Of a stretch of 64,000 nucleotides of DNA, positions 51,976-64,000 are shown in pieces. A program made the position numbers and the translations under genes. The notes beneath the pieces are model-generated. The model saw only the letters and a list, made by a program, of their open reading frames with translations, was not told the DNA's origin and searched no databases. Positions within the stretch are counted from its first letter, which is position 1; every line of letters starts with the position of its first letter. Origin of the DNA: Kudoa neothunni (taxonomy: Eukaryota > Animalia > Cnidaria); the NCBI GenBank assembly GCA_964304625.1, contig OZ199840.1:10239220-10303219 (forward strand), given 5' to 3'.

Positions 51976-54900
51976 TCAAGAGTTGTTTTTCCTTTTTATT
52001 TTTTCGCCCAGAGGTACCCTAAATTGTTTGCATAGAATTCAATAACTGAAAATATGCCACTAAAAAACTACTCTTGCAAATCCAAAGAGTCGACATTGAA
52101 AGCTTCGGTGATAGGAACCAAATTGTAATCGAGAGGTTTGCCTTTAGGAGGTTCAGTTGTATCGCTGTAGAAATTGCCAATATCCATTTTCTAGTGGAGC
52201 AAATGTAATAATGTTAAAAAATATAGTACATACATCAAGAAGTCGATCATCCACATCCAACTGATTAGGATGGTCTTCCATATTGTGAGATAATTGTGTG
52301 TTTGATTTATTTTTACGATTTTTCCGCTTACCTGATATAGATTTAATAAGTTTATATTCCTAAATAAAATAATAAATAATAAAAATAACGAAATAACATG
52401 GATTTACATCAGCTTCTTGGTCGATTTGGAAATCAGGATTGCTGAAAAGAGATGTGAATCTAGAGTCCCCGAGTGGATTGGTGAGATCTGATTGCTGTTA
52501 TCCAAAGGTCGAATAAGAAAAGCAACAAAAAATAATACGAACATAAACCAAAACATGCTTTAATTTAAATATGATTCAATTAATAAGAAAAAACTTCCAA
52601 CGAAAGCACGGGAATATTCAAGATGCACCTTTCAAAAACGGACAATAATAATTAACGCAGTTTTAGCATGTGTTCGCCAAATCAATAAATATAATAAATA
52701 TACGGTAATTTTGATTTTTTTGGATAGCAGATTCGTGGCCAACTCTGAATTCACCCCTGGCAATTTCTAAATACAATCAATCAATCAATCAACCGCTTAA
52801 CATAAAAATAAAGATTACGAAGAGTTGGACACGATCCTTTCTCTCCTGTGCCAATTTAAGTTTGAGACGTTCTTTTTTGTGTAGCTCGTAGCTGGTAGGT
52901 AGTTTGGCAGCTCTTGCTTTAGCGTAAACTCGGTCATCAATGTAGAAACCATGTAGAGCAGGCTTCAATTTTTGCGTACCCTTGAGATGAGTCAAATCTA
53001 AAAAAATTAAACATACACATAGTATTAAGCTGATACGAGAGAAACGCTCATCAATAAATACCTAATTCTTCAAGCTCATCGTGGGTGACAAATCGGAAGT
53101 CATCATACACTAGAGGATACGCGATTTGAATACGTGTACAACTTAATAGCTGAAGTATTACTGTTGAATTTGTTCGATTCTTCGAGTTCTTCAGCAATAT
53201 TGTCCAAAAATGAGCACCACCTAGGAGCAGGATCGAATCCCTATAGAAGAATTAAAAAATATTAAAATTGAGTTTAATATTTGGCTTACAGGAACAAAGT
53301 AGATCTCGCATTTGGGGGACTCATTGGCGAACAAAAACAGTCCTAATAAATTCAAAATCTCTAATATTAAGAATATTTAAATTGCCTGAGTTTGGAAAAA
53401 CAATAAAATCATTGATATGCTTCTCGGTTTCCACTGTGGTGAAGAGTTCCGAGCTGTTTTTGGACCACAATTTGACACAGTGTTTATCGCAACTCGCAAC
53501 AACCTTCTCATCGAGATTGGTGGAAAAGATGGAGTGGATTTTTTGAATTGGATCACCATATTTATGGTCGCGCATTGCAAAAGGCTGATTGTTACGTATA
53601 TCATAGAGATAGACCTTGAGAAAGTGAAAGAAACAATTATTTTGACGTGAAATTCAAACCAGTACTCTGCCTGTGCTAGTACCAACCATCATATGCATAG
53701 TGCCATCAAAAGTGACCGATGTGACTTCACATGTTGAGTTTGGTTGGTAACTTTAGAATATTGAATTAAATTAACCAAATACTGTCATAACTAAAATCTA
53801 ATTACAATTTGGCCTTATCAACACTGGCCACATTTAATTTGGCTACATATTTCTCATTTTTCGAATCGAAACACGTCACATAGCCCTAATCAAACACTCC
53901 AACTTATAAAATATTCTTAACAGATATAATCGAACAACCAACCTTTTCATTTCCTACTCCCAAAAGTTGTAGATCCACATTCATCGAACAGCAATTCAAT
54001 CCACTACATCACAATTCATCATTTAGTCAAATCCTAATGCTATGCAAAGATACCAATCATCATCAATTGTGTATGGCTTTAAAAATTGGCCTGCATACAA
54101 GCTCAATCGGTAAACTTGATTGCTATAGCACGAAAATAATTTTCCATCAATTGCAAGATAAATTCATACCCACTTCCCGCTATGTTCAACTCTCCTGATG
54201 TTTTATCGTACACCAGATCACGGCCGTATTTCGGTATTCGTAAACTGTAATACATATTACCCTGAATAATCATTTAAATAGTTTTCCATCGATAAATAAT
54301 AATAATTAATAATAACTAAAATAAGTAAAATAATGAGGAATTGGATTTCTCACCCCACAACTACCGTATCATGAATGGTGCAGTTATTACAATAATAGTT
54401 TACGTTTTTCGTTAAAAGAAATAAGAATGTCCAAGAAAATGAAATATTCAACTATATCGCTATTGTAGCAGTTAATATTCTACGTAGTTTAAAAAAAGAA
54501 TTTGTCAAGGTCTGTAAAAATTCAATCCACTAGATGTTGTGTTGTGTGTAGATTTGAAAATTTCTGATTATTTTTTGTCTCTAAGGGTATATTGATTGTG
54601 TAAAAATAATTAAATTAACTACAGTTATACTAATAATATTTATATTATATGGTAAATAAATAAAAATCCGTATATCATTGAATTTTCGGGCTTGAAATCA
54701 TTGGCTAATAATAACACGAAATTTTTTTCGCTGCTATATTCTTATCTAATTAATTATTAAGTTTAATATATATGTAAATAATATTTTTAATTAAATAATA
54801 ATTTTAAAATATTCTAGTGACTTTAATCTCACACCTATTAAAAATCATAAAAGAATCAAATAAAATTAATTTTATAATAATTAAACATGTCAAATTAAGG

Positions 54901-56053
54901 GTAGATATTGTTTACAATGTTCAAACCACGCAAAGGTGAATATTATATAATTTATGTCATAAAAATTGTTGTCCTGAATTAATCATAAACGATTTCTAAA
55001 CAAGAGTATTGATATTGGAACTTTACCAATATATAAATAATAAAATGTAACATCGATTATTATTCAGATCAATTTCAACAGGTCGACTATCCATAAGCAG
55101 AAATTTTAATTTTATAATTAATATTTTATCTATTATTAATACTATTTCCTATATTCTATATTCTAAACGGAATTTCTCATACAATTCTAATAATATATAG
55201 GTTTTTGTAATTTTCTTTCAATGAAAAATTAAATGGATTAAATATTAAATTTGTAACAAGAATAACAACAGCCTTCACAGCAGTACGCATGCGTGTAGCA
55301 TTTTTCAAGATTTAATTTCCTAAGCAAACAGCAACCATGTGAAAATATAATAATATACGCATGTATGTTAAAAACAAAAATCTCATTTTCCAGACAAATA
55401 GCAATAATGCAAAAATATACACGCATGAGCACATTAAAGATTAATTGTGGATGCGAAAAAACCTCCTCCCGAAAAATTACCAGAGTGTGAAATTCAATCA
55501 CTCTATCTGCACGCATCACCACCGTTTTAGAGGCGTCGTCCGAAATGAACTTCATTTTGTTGGCTTTAGGTTGCACATGCTCAATACGCATTTTGAAATT
55601 TAAGTAAATTACGTTGGTGGTCCACGCAGCGGTCGAATTTTATGGACAATTCGTTGACGTCGTAACATCTAATCCTAGGACGATATGTACCTTTTGTCCA
55701 ATTTCTGTTTATTACACCATTCAACCGCAACACTTAAAATCACCTGTAGTCATTATAAACTGACTGTTTGGGGAAATCTCAATTGAAGTGGTGATGTCAG
55801 GCATCTCGAATCCCTGAAGAAGATCGATTTTTCTTTTAATGTCTTAAAAAATGCGACCACTTATACAATTGAAATACAAATCCATTCTTTACCGTTATCT
55901 TTTTTCAGCAATTTTTTCGCCTGTTTACTGGTGACCCACTAGATTTTATTTGTAGGCCCTAAAACATAATGCTATGATTTTATTTACTTCTGGAATAGAT
56001 TTTCCGCTTGTGACATTGTATATTTTGACGTCGTTACTTTCCACAACCTGCAT
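51976..56053 (-). CDS. NOL10: Nucleolar protein 10 (Enp2 homologue; WD40 + NUC153), multi-exon
   Basis: MQVVESNDVKIYNVTSGKSIPEW, IDLLQGFEMP, GTYRPRIRCYD, FISDDASK...DRVIEFH, LRIPKYGRD, VGTSTGRVYLYDIR, PAPRWCSFLDNIAEELEE, HGFYIDDRVY and DSRFTSLFSNPDFQID match known NOL10 motifs. Confidence 0.93.
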
Positions 56054-56387
56054 CGTTGTTTTTTGCAATGCGTGCGCACTTACACCCTGGGTTACTATCC
56101 TTATGTAACCCCCATTGTGAGGACCTAATTTTGATATAAAAATATGCAATCATATTCATTATTGTGTACGAATTTAATAAAATTATCTGCGCTTCGTTTT
56201 TGCCGAATTGTATAAATATTTGGATTGAGTGAATAATGGTAGGAATGACTCGAATGGACGCCTAAATTTTTAACGCTCCGTTTAAAATGTAAAAGCATTG
56301 CACACGTGTGGAGCAATTTCAGATATTATATTAACAAATTTTTCTTCTTGGAATATGATTCAATGAATTATAAAGTTTATAACAGAT

Positions 56388-56418
<31 letters not shown>

Positions 56419-57589
56419 TGTTATTATTTATGGGGCAATATTTTTTAATGAAATGCTTAAAAATTTTTTTATATTTTCCAGCACTATATTCAATATAGAG
56501 AAGTGGTTCTTAAAGTTTTTCCCTGCGGACCCCATCTTGTTTTAATGCATAATCCAATCATATATATAAATATTTTACCATTTCGTTCCCATTATTTACT
56601 TTAATGAACAGATAAAAAAAGATTGAAATATTTTTTAAGTTCTTTATTCAAGTAGATTATAATTTAATATTAGTTTAATCCAATATTTCCCTACACGGGG
56701 TGTCCGCACCTCCTAGGGGTGCAAAGAGCCATCATTAGAGGTGCGGGAGTCGTTCTAGAATAAATTTAGATATTTAACTTAATTATTTTATTTATTTCGT
56801 AACTTTCATTAGTCCCCGTTTAAATCACGTAAGGATGTAATGCGTGTAATAATTTTGTTGGTTGTTTTGTTATCAATTAGTTTCTATTAAAAAAATGAGA
56901 TATGGAAATTTATTTCACTTAATTCTACGAAATGTGAAGTAAAGAAATAGTTTATATTAAGCCTGCAAAGCCTTTCACTCGCTATTATCATGTAAATTCG
57001 TAACTTTGTCATCTTTGAATGTAACATTTATATGCTTAAGTTGTAATTGGGTTGTCAACATTTTTATCTACATAGAAATAATCTATATCCTTAAAAATAA
57101 AATCACGATGAGGTTTAAAATTTGTCTTCTGTCTAAATTTTAAATCCATCATTTAATTGTATATTTTTTATTAGGTTACACTTTAAGTTTTATGTTCTAA
57201 TTTGTACCTGGCCTCTAATATGAGTTTTAGTTAAATTTTCTTTAAAAATGTTGGTACAATAAAAATCAGAGCATCCATTTACACACTTAAATAAATGAAT
57301 GTCAATTTTAACTGATTAATTAGTTATTTTTATTCAGGTACATTAAGAAGGCATCTGCATTGACTTTTCTGAATTTTTCATAACCCATTGCCTCAATGTT
57401 TAAATTAAAATCTGACTCAATATAGAATAAGGAATTCGCTAGGTTTTTCCCCACAACGTAATACAAGGTAATACAAGATAGTACAAGATAGACAGTATAT
57501 GAGGCAGGCTTCTCGTATTTATTGTAGGCAAATAAAAGTATCGGATTTCCCTGAATCCCCAAATGATTTGCAAGTGTCATTTACCAACA

Positions 57590-58700
57590 ATGTGTCCCTA
57601 TGCATGCATGTGCGATAAAATTTTTTGCGTATAGAGTATAGAGAGCCATATAGAAAATTTTCTAAAGTTTGTGGTATAAAAAATCGTTCAATTGTATTCA
57701 CATGACTAAAACTTCCAAAAAGTATTTGTGAAACAGTGATTTTGTCGATTTAAACTTTGTTTATCGAATTACAAGAGTTCAACTATGGAATTAACACCGA
57801 CCTATGATATTGGTGGTCGGTGGGACTTAACTTCCCCCTTATATTCTTTGTCAAATATTAATTAAACGATGTAATATATCTTCATGTGTAAGGTTGGTGT
57901 GTCAATTTGAGTGTTTGCACAAATACGCATCTTATTTCGGTAGTTTTAAAGTATTTGACTTGATGAGCACATTTTGAAAATTCCATTAACGGTTTTAGAT
58001 ATCACAAAAAGTCTATATTTACATTATTAATAGCGAGTTGATAGTGCATGTTGTAATCAAATAGATTGATGCATTGTAATGGAAGTACTGTGTTCGTAGA
58101 TTTCATTGCAATCATCCGTTATATTGGACTTTCAGTGATTTAATTCGGTGAAAATGTTTGCACGCTTATTTCATCCGATTATTTAAATTATTTGTGTTGA
58201 TATAGGTGCGATTTGTGGTTTTTTGTTGGAAAAAGCGCATTAAAGTATATGGGGGGAGGGCCAAAGAATATTAATTTGAGCAATAAAAATTAATTTTATT
58301 AGGTTTACTTCTCTTTATATTACTTTTTATACTTTTTATTCCTTAGAAAGTCAATGATGTACACATTTTCCGAACCGGACCAGAATCAAATAAACGTATT
58401 AGATTGCACTTTAAGAGAGTTTAAATAATTCGGTCACGAAAATAAATATGACACTGGTCTTAAATTATTTAGCGTTAGTGCCGGAACAAGAAATTGTTAA
58501 TTAGAAACCGGGATAGATTCAGCTCTGCACAGAAATGATCATGATAATATAAACTTCGAAGTCGATAAAATATGACAATTAAAAAAATTTAGTTAGATTG
58601 CTTCTATAAATCAATTTTAAACATAATATTTTTTTGAATGTTATTGAGAAACGTCTCTATACGAAATCTTCTCCAAGCAACGCTGGGCAGTTCGCGCTAA
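57590..58700 (+). mobile_element. Diverged copy of the non-autonomous Helitron
   Basis: Colinear similarity to the reverse complement of 30609-31640; 3' end CCAAGCAACGCTGGGCAGTTCGCGCTAA|T. Confidence 0.65.
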
Positions 58701-59837
58701 TAAATTAATATCCTTGAACTCGTTTCATCTCTTTAAATGCTCTTTATATTTTCCTTCAAAAAAGTTTGTTGATATGAAAACTAATGAGTTTGCTGACAAA
58801 TATAAAAATTCAACATAACTTTTATATTGACTATGTAATCCATGTTTTTTAGTTTTTTAAGGAATATTTGACCAAAGTGTAAAATGTAAAAATAAATGTT
58901 CAATATTGTTGCTTTAAAAAAAACAACATAAGCTGTCATTTAGAATAGATGACAATATAATTTTTATAGATATAATCTTCATACAAACTCAGTCATTGTT
59001 TCTTGAGGCTTTCAAATATTTATAAAATGAGTACTTTGCCAAACAATTTTAACTATGCTGTGCGAGCGCGTCGACTGAAATTCGTCATTCCACACAGAAT
59101 TATTAGATAACAAATTATTCTGGTTAGATAATGCTTATATTTTTGAGTTTAATTTTTTTTACTTTAAGATTTTGAAAGTCAAAATCTAAGTCCTCTAAAG
59201 CACAAAATCGTTATGATTTTCCTCTAACTACAATATCTCAAGATCAAAATGCAACGTATGAATGTGGCCCTATGACTATTATATAGCAACTGATAAAAAT
59301 TGTATTTTAATTAAAACATAAAAAATTTAAGCGTTAACGTGATGTTGAATGTCATATAATAATCGTTTAAAATTTAACTACAGTAAGTAATCGATATTCT
59401 GTTATTTCTCGTAGTTCACAAATAGTTACGTAATATCGATACCTTATTGTATGCATCGTAGCGCGATTTGGTTTCACAATACGTAGAAAAAAAGCTATGA
59501 ATTAATGATGAACCTCCAATATAAATGTTTATTCTGATTAAAAAAATAAATTATAGAAAATTAAAATATTAACATTTCCCCTTACGATTTAATTATGAAA
59601 TCATTTAAAATTATTATTATTTATCAATATCATTCAATGTGAGTATCATCAAATTTTAATAAAATTCGATATTTAAATAAATTTAAAATTTTGTAATTTA
59701 ATAACTATTAAATTGTTTATTTGCTTAATCATTCTAATCATAATCTGATTTCAAAGTAATATAAATTGTATGGTGATTTGTTCGCAAAAAAACAATAAAA
59801 ACATCAATAACTACAAAATAATTATACTTTTCAATTT

Positions 59838-61671
59838 TTATATATTTTCTCTACGAAATTTAAAATTACTCGGTGTAGAGCGTCTTTTTAGAATGAATAG
59901 GATGCCAACAACCAATAATACAATCACCACTCCGGTAACTCCACATGATATCATACTGACTTTCATTCGATTCTCAGAATTTTTGTTTTTATCGGATGTG
60001 GTTGGAGGAATTTTTGTTTTGAGGTCTGTCGCTGTTTGGTTTACCTGCTCTATTTCTTGAGTAGGAGAAGTTTTAGGATTTGCGTTCTCATCGGTTTGCT
60101 GTATTTCGTTGGATACATATAAATGCATAGATTTGACGGCGTTTTCTAATTTTTGGTAGTAATGCTCCAATTTATAATCGTAATTTATGATTTTTGCTCT
60201 TAATTGCATACCAACTATAACAATATCTCTAATTTTAGGTATTAATGTTGCAAATGAGTTATAATATTCTATCAATTTTTCATCATCCAATGTTCGAGTA
60301 AAAGCTTTTATTTTATCAGAATTATCCAATAAATATTTCAGACTGTAATAGCTTATTGAAAAATCGTTTCCTATAACATTTTCGATAATACCCAATACAG
60401 CGATTGCCATTCTTATATTAGATAAATCAGTTTTTGCAATCTCTACGTGTTTATGTTGTTCCGAAATTATGTTTTTGGATGATTCTATAACAGTCATGAC
60501 TTCATTTTGATAATTTTTCAATTCAATTTCGAAATTCTCAGAACGCTTCAAATGAGTGACTAGCAGTGAGATAACTGTTTCTATCACTTCCTTAGTTTCC
60601 GAAGATTTGCCAATAATGTTTTTAGAAATTTTGTCAATAAATATCTTTGCATTTTTTTTATTTATTTGAACCTGATTTAAAATATCACTTATTTCATGCA
60701 CTGCATAAAGTTGGTCTAGCTCATGCCGTAGGCGCGCTGGTATTCCTTCCATATTCTTTATCAAATCGGAATTTATTCGAAAATGTATTTCCAACTGTTC
60801 TATGTCATTAATTAAATTTGGTTTTATTCTCCCAAATGAGTTCGTGATATCTTGATATTTCTCCAGCACATCAGAAACTAATGTGGGTATTTGTGGAATA
60901 TTTTTAGCTTGATCACAACCAATTTTTATTTTGTGAATTTCCGCAGTAACATCAGTCATATATTGACGTAAACGATTTTTTATGTTATAACTGCTTATAA
61001 TGTTTCTATATTCTCTAGGGTCAGCGGTGGATTGATTACTGCAAACTTTAATCGATTGTCTTATGGATTGTAATATTTGATCAATATTGTGTGTGTATGT
61101 TATTTTTTTCTTATTTGCTTCTTTGGCATCCACAAGAATTTTCTTTAATTTATCATTTGCTTGATCTAATTTATTTAATTCATCAAATATTCTCCCCGTT
61201 TTAATTATTAAATCATCAAAATGGCCATAATATTTATTCAACCCTTCTCGTAGGTAGGAATACTTTTCAGTCACTAATCTTGACATTTTTAAAAAACGAA
61301 ATATATCATTCATGTCATGGAGTGTTTTCAGCTTATTCGGAAAAATTGTTGTTGATCTATGCATTGAAGCTAATGCGTCATTTTCCAAGGTATTAATATT
61401 GCAATGATGATAGTCGCTCCCATCCATATTGTATTGATCCATAACGTAATTGTTGGTATTGAATGGAGCATTTTGATTATCTGTACACTTTATTTGATGC
61501 ATTTCTTCATCATCCGCATCGTCGTAAACGTAGAGATTTTGATCGTTATCAAAATTGTTGTCCAAATAATCAATACAAGTTGAATGTTTCAGTGTAACTA
61601 TAATATAGAATTAGATTATATTTTACTTTATTTCATGATTTACCAAAAAATAATAAAAGCGATAACAACAT
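59838..61671 (-). CDS. Helical-ectodomain type I surface protein, copy 4 (intact, most divergent)
   Basis: Signal exon 61671-61644 (MLLSLLLFF), 46-nt phase-1 intron 61598-61643; MHQIKC, HC, NIISSY motifs; TM GVTGVVIVLLVVGILFIL. Confidence 0.88.
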
Positions 61672-61733
61672 TTCCTTTCGTATATTTACGGGTGATTATA
61701 AATAAATGTTTCATTCATTATTTATACGATTAA

Positions 61734-61831
61734 TCTATATCTATATACATAATAAAGTTCTTATGTCTGTCCGTGTGTGTCAGTTTGCAGTAGTACGCAT
61801 GTGCCACGGAGAAATTTTCATTAAGTATAGC
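61734..61831 (+). mobile_element. Helitron 5' end, interrupted by a Gypsy insertion
   Basis: A|TCTATATCTATATACATAATAAAG...GTGTGTGTC...GTACGCATGTGC matches the 5' end of the 30609-31673 element. Confidence 0.55.
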
Positions 61832-61966
61832 TGTAAGTTTGTATTTGAATAGATAAAATTGTTGTATTTTTTAAATTACGCTTGAATAAGACACACTTAA
61901 ACGACACAACACCTCGCGATCATTGTTTTTATAGACAATTAATGTTATTTTCAATAAAGGATTACA
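61832..61966 (-). mobile_element. Putative 3' LTR of the Gypsy element
   Basis: Follows the polypurine tract AGGAGGGAGGAA; begins TGTAA and plausibly ends TTACA. The left boundary is inferred because the 5' LTR is outside the window. Confidence 0.55.
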
Positions 61967-64000
61967 TTCCTCCCTCCTAGGGGGGTAACAAAGTCCTTTA
62001 GGTGGCTAGGGCGTGTTCGATTTTGACATGGTCGTTGATTCAGACATTCGATTTGAATTTCCTCGCTTATTTCGTCTGAAATCTTTTTAGGTGACGCACA
62101 TGGCGGAGTTTCACCCAGTCCTGTGTCATTTAAAGCCCTTTTAGCGCCATAATCAGCATTCTCTAGCTCAGTGTTAGTAGAATCCAAGTTGTAGGATGGA
62201 AATAGTTCAACATCTTCCATTGATACTGATGGAATAATGGCGCAGCTATACTTTCGAATAAGTTGATTTTGATGCAGTTTAGCATAACCATGATCCGTTT
62301 TAATTAAATAGATCATGTTGCCTAATTGTTTGACAACTTTTCAAGGCTTCCATAATTTATTAGGTCCAAATCTAAAATATATATTATCATTTTGATTAAA
62401 CTTACTTGATTGAGTAGGATGTTTTCGTAAGGATGATGGAAAATTAGGCGTTCTAGTACCATGTAATTTTTCCGCAGGTGTATGCCCATCCATTGCTGGA
62501 GTAAACCGATAGGTTCTAAGGAAGGTTGATAGAGCTTCCTGTAAGCTTTTACCATCAGCCATTAATTTCATCATAGTTTTCTTAAAACTTCTAACGAACC
62601 GTTCAGCTTGGCCGTTGGAGGCTGGGTGATAAGGAGGTGAGGTTATATGATTAACACCGCTGGAATTCAGATATCGTTCCACTTTATTTGATAATAATTG
62701 TGGACCATTGTCTGATACTAAGGTTTGTGGAAACCCTTCGATTGTAAATACTTGATGCAATATTTTGCAAGTTGTTTCAGCTGTCATATCATCACAACAG
62801 CACACGTATGGATACTTAGAATAAGCATCTACGATGAAAAACCAGTAATGGCCTTTGAATGGTCCAGCATAATCAATATGGACTCTCTCCCATGGTGACG
62901 CATCATCATGACTTTTGCAAATGTCACATTTTTTAACATACTCTTCTATGCCGTGTGTCATTTTTGGCCAGTAACAAGTACGTCGGGCGAGACTCTTCAT
63001 TTTTTCTATTCCCCAATGACCCTTGTGAAGTTGAGACAGATAATTCTGTCGTAATTGTTTGGGAATAACTGGTCTCATCGTAGGTGTGTCAATCAATAAG
63101 ATCCCATCCTTACATGGTAACGCATTCCGTACGTTGTAATAATTTCTCATTTCTTGATTCTTTTTTAAAGATTTAGGCCATCCGTCTACAATATATTTTC
63201 TCAATTGTTCGAACTCGGGGTCTTGTAGCCCCTTTTCTTGAATAAGTTCAAAGTTTATTGGAAACGTTGAGATCATGTTCACAAAACATATTGCTTGTTT
63301 GTCTTCCTCTTCTTCTTCCCGGTCGAATTTTTCATCGCCGCCGATTGGAAGTCGCGATAGAGCATCGGCATTCCCATGTCGTTTTGTACTACGGTACTCC
63401 AATGTATATTTGTAGTTCGATAGTAGGAGTGACCATCGTTGCAGACGTTGTGTCGTTGTAACACTTATCTTCCTTGAAGGACAGAATAAGGAAATGAGAG
63501 GTTGATGATCTGTTATTATAATGAACTTCTTGGCGTATAAGTATTGGTGGAATTTCTTTACTCCATAAATTATTGACGGCGCTTCTTTTTCAATTTGTGA
63601 ATATCTGCGTTGTGTAGCGTTCAGAGTCTTGGAAGCAGGTGCTATCGGAAATTCACTTCCATCATCCATTCTGTGAAGAATGACCGCTCCGACTCCAACA
63701 TTTGAAGCATCTGTTGCCAAGATAAGTACTTTATTTGGATCAAAATGTGTTAATGAAGTAGCATTCACAATGGCATTTTTGATTTTGTTGAAGGCATCAG
63801 CTTCTTTTCTTTCCCATTTGAAGACCTTACTTGCTCTACGAAGGCTGTTCAATGGTTCAGCAATGTTTGCCAAATTTGGGACAAATTTCCTATAGAACTC
63901 AGCCTTTCCGAGAAATGACATCAATTGTGATACATTGGTAGGCGCAGGTAGCAATTCTATTGCTTTTGTGTTTTCCCTCGAAGGACGGATTCCTTTTGAG
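61967..64000 (-). mobile_element. Ty3/Gypsy LTR retrotransposon pol (RT end, RNase H, integrase), partial and degenerate
   Basis: LATDASNVGVGAV, YSQIEKE, TDHQPL, H-x3-H...C-x2-C, PWERVHIDYAGP, LVSDNGPQ, YHPASNGQAERFV. Integrase follows RNase H. Frameshift near 62340. Confidence 0.93.

Noticed and set aside
56681-57580. ORF 57320-57580 as a host gene
   Set aside because: Lies downstream of a hAT-like end and next to a Helitron; more likely transposon debris and not assignable
1-64000. CRISPR arrays, operons, rRNA or prokaryotic defence systems
   Set aside because: The sequence is eukaryotic and intron-containing; no repeat-spacer array or rRNA-like segment was seen

Overview
This is AT-rich eukaryotic genomic DNA with many short (about 40-60 nt) GT-AG introns. 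A canonical minicollagen-type cysteine-rich domain (C-x3-C-x3-C-x3-C-x3-CC) points to a cnidarian, and the compact introns suggest a myxozoan parasite (inference). Contents: (i) three tandem, minus-strand, two-exon genes for small single-pass membrane proteins ending in PPxY motifs; one is absent from the ORF track. (ii) A four-member family of about 600-670 aa type I surface proteins with a signal-peptide micro-exon, a helical ectodomain with 4 invariant Cys, a variable stalk, a TM helix and a short tail. Three are tandem at 11-25 kb and one lies at 60 kb; two have frame breaks just before the TM. (iii) A Mask/ANKHD1/ANKRD17 homologue with an apparent C-terminal SAM domain. (iv) One or two secreted nematocyst/polar-capsule-type genes combining Ser/Gly/Thr-rich, Cys-rich, SEA-like and minicollagen CRD regions. 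(v) NOL10. (vi) Transposon relics: piggyBac-like TTAA elements, non-autonomous Helitrons, hAT and Tigger-like MITEs, and a Gypsy pol with its 3' LTR. All gene models were spliced by hand. Two 1-nt deletions in the Mask gene suggest the assembly contains indel errors.
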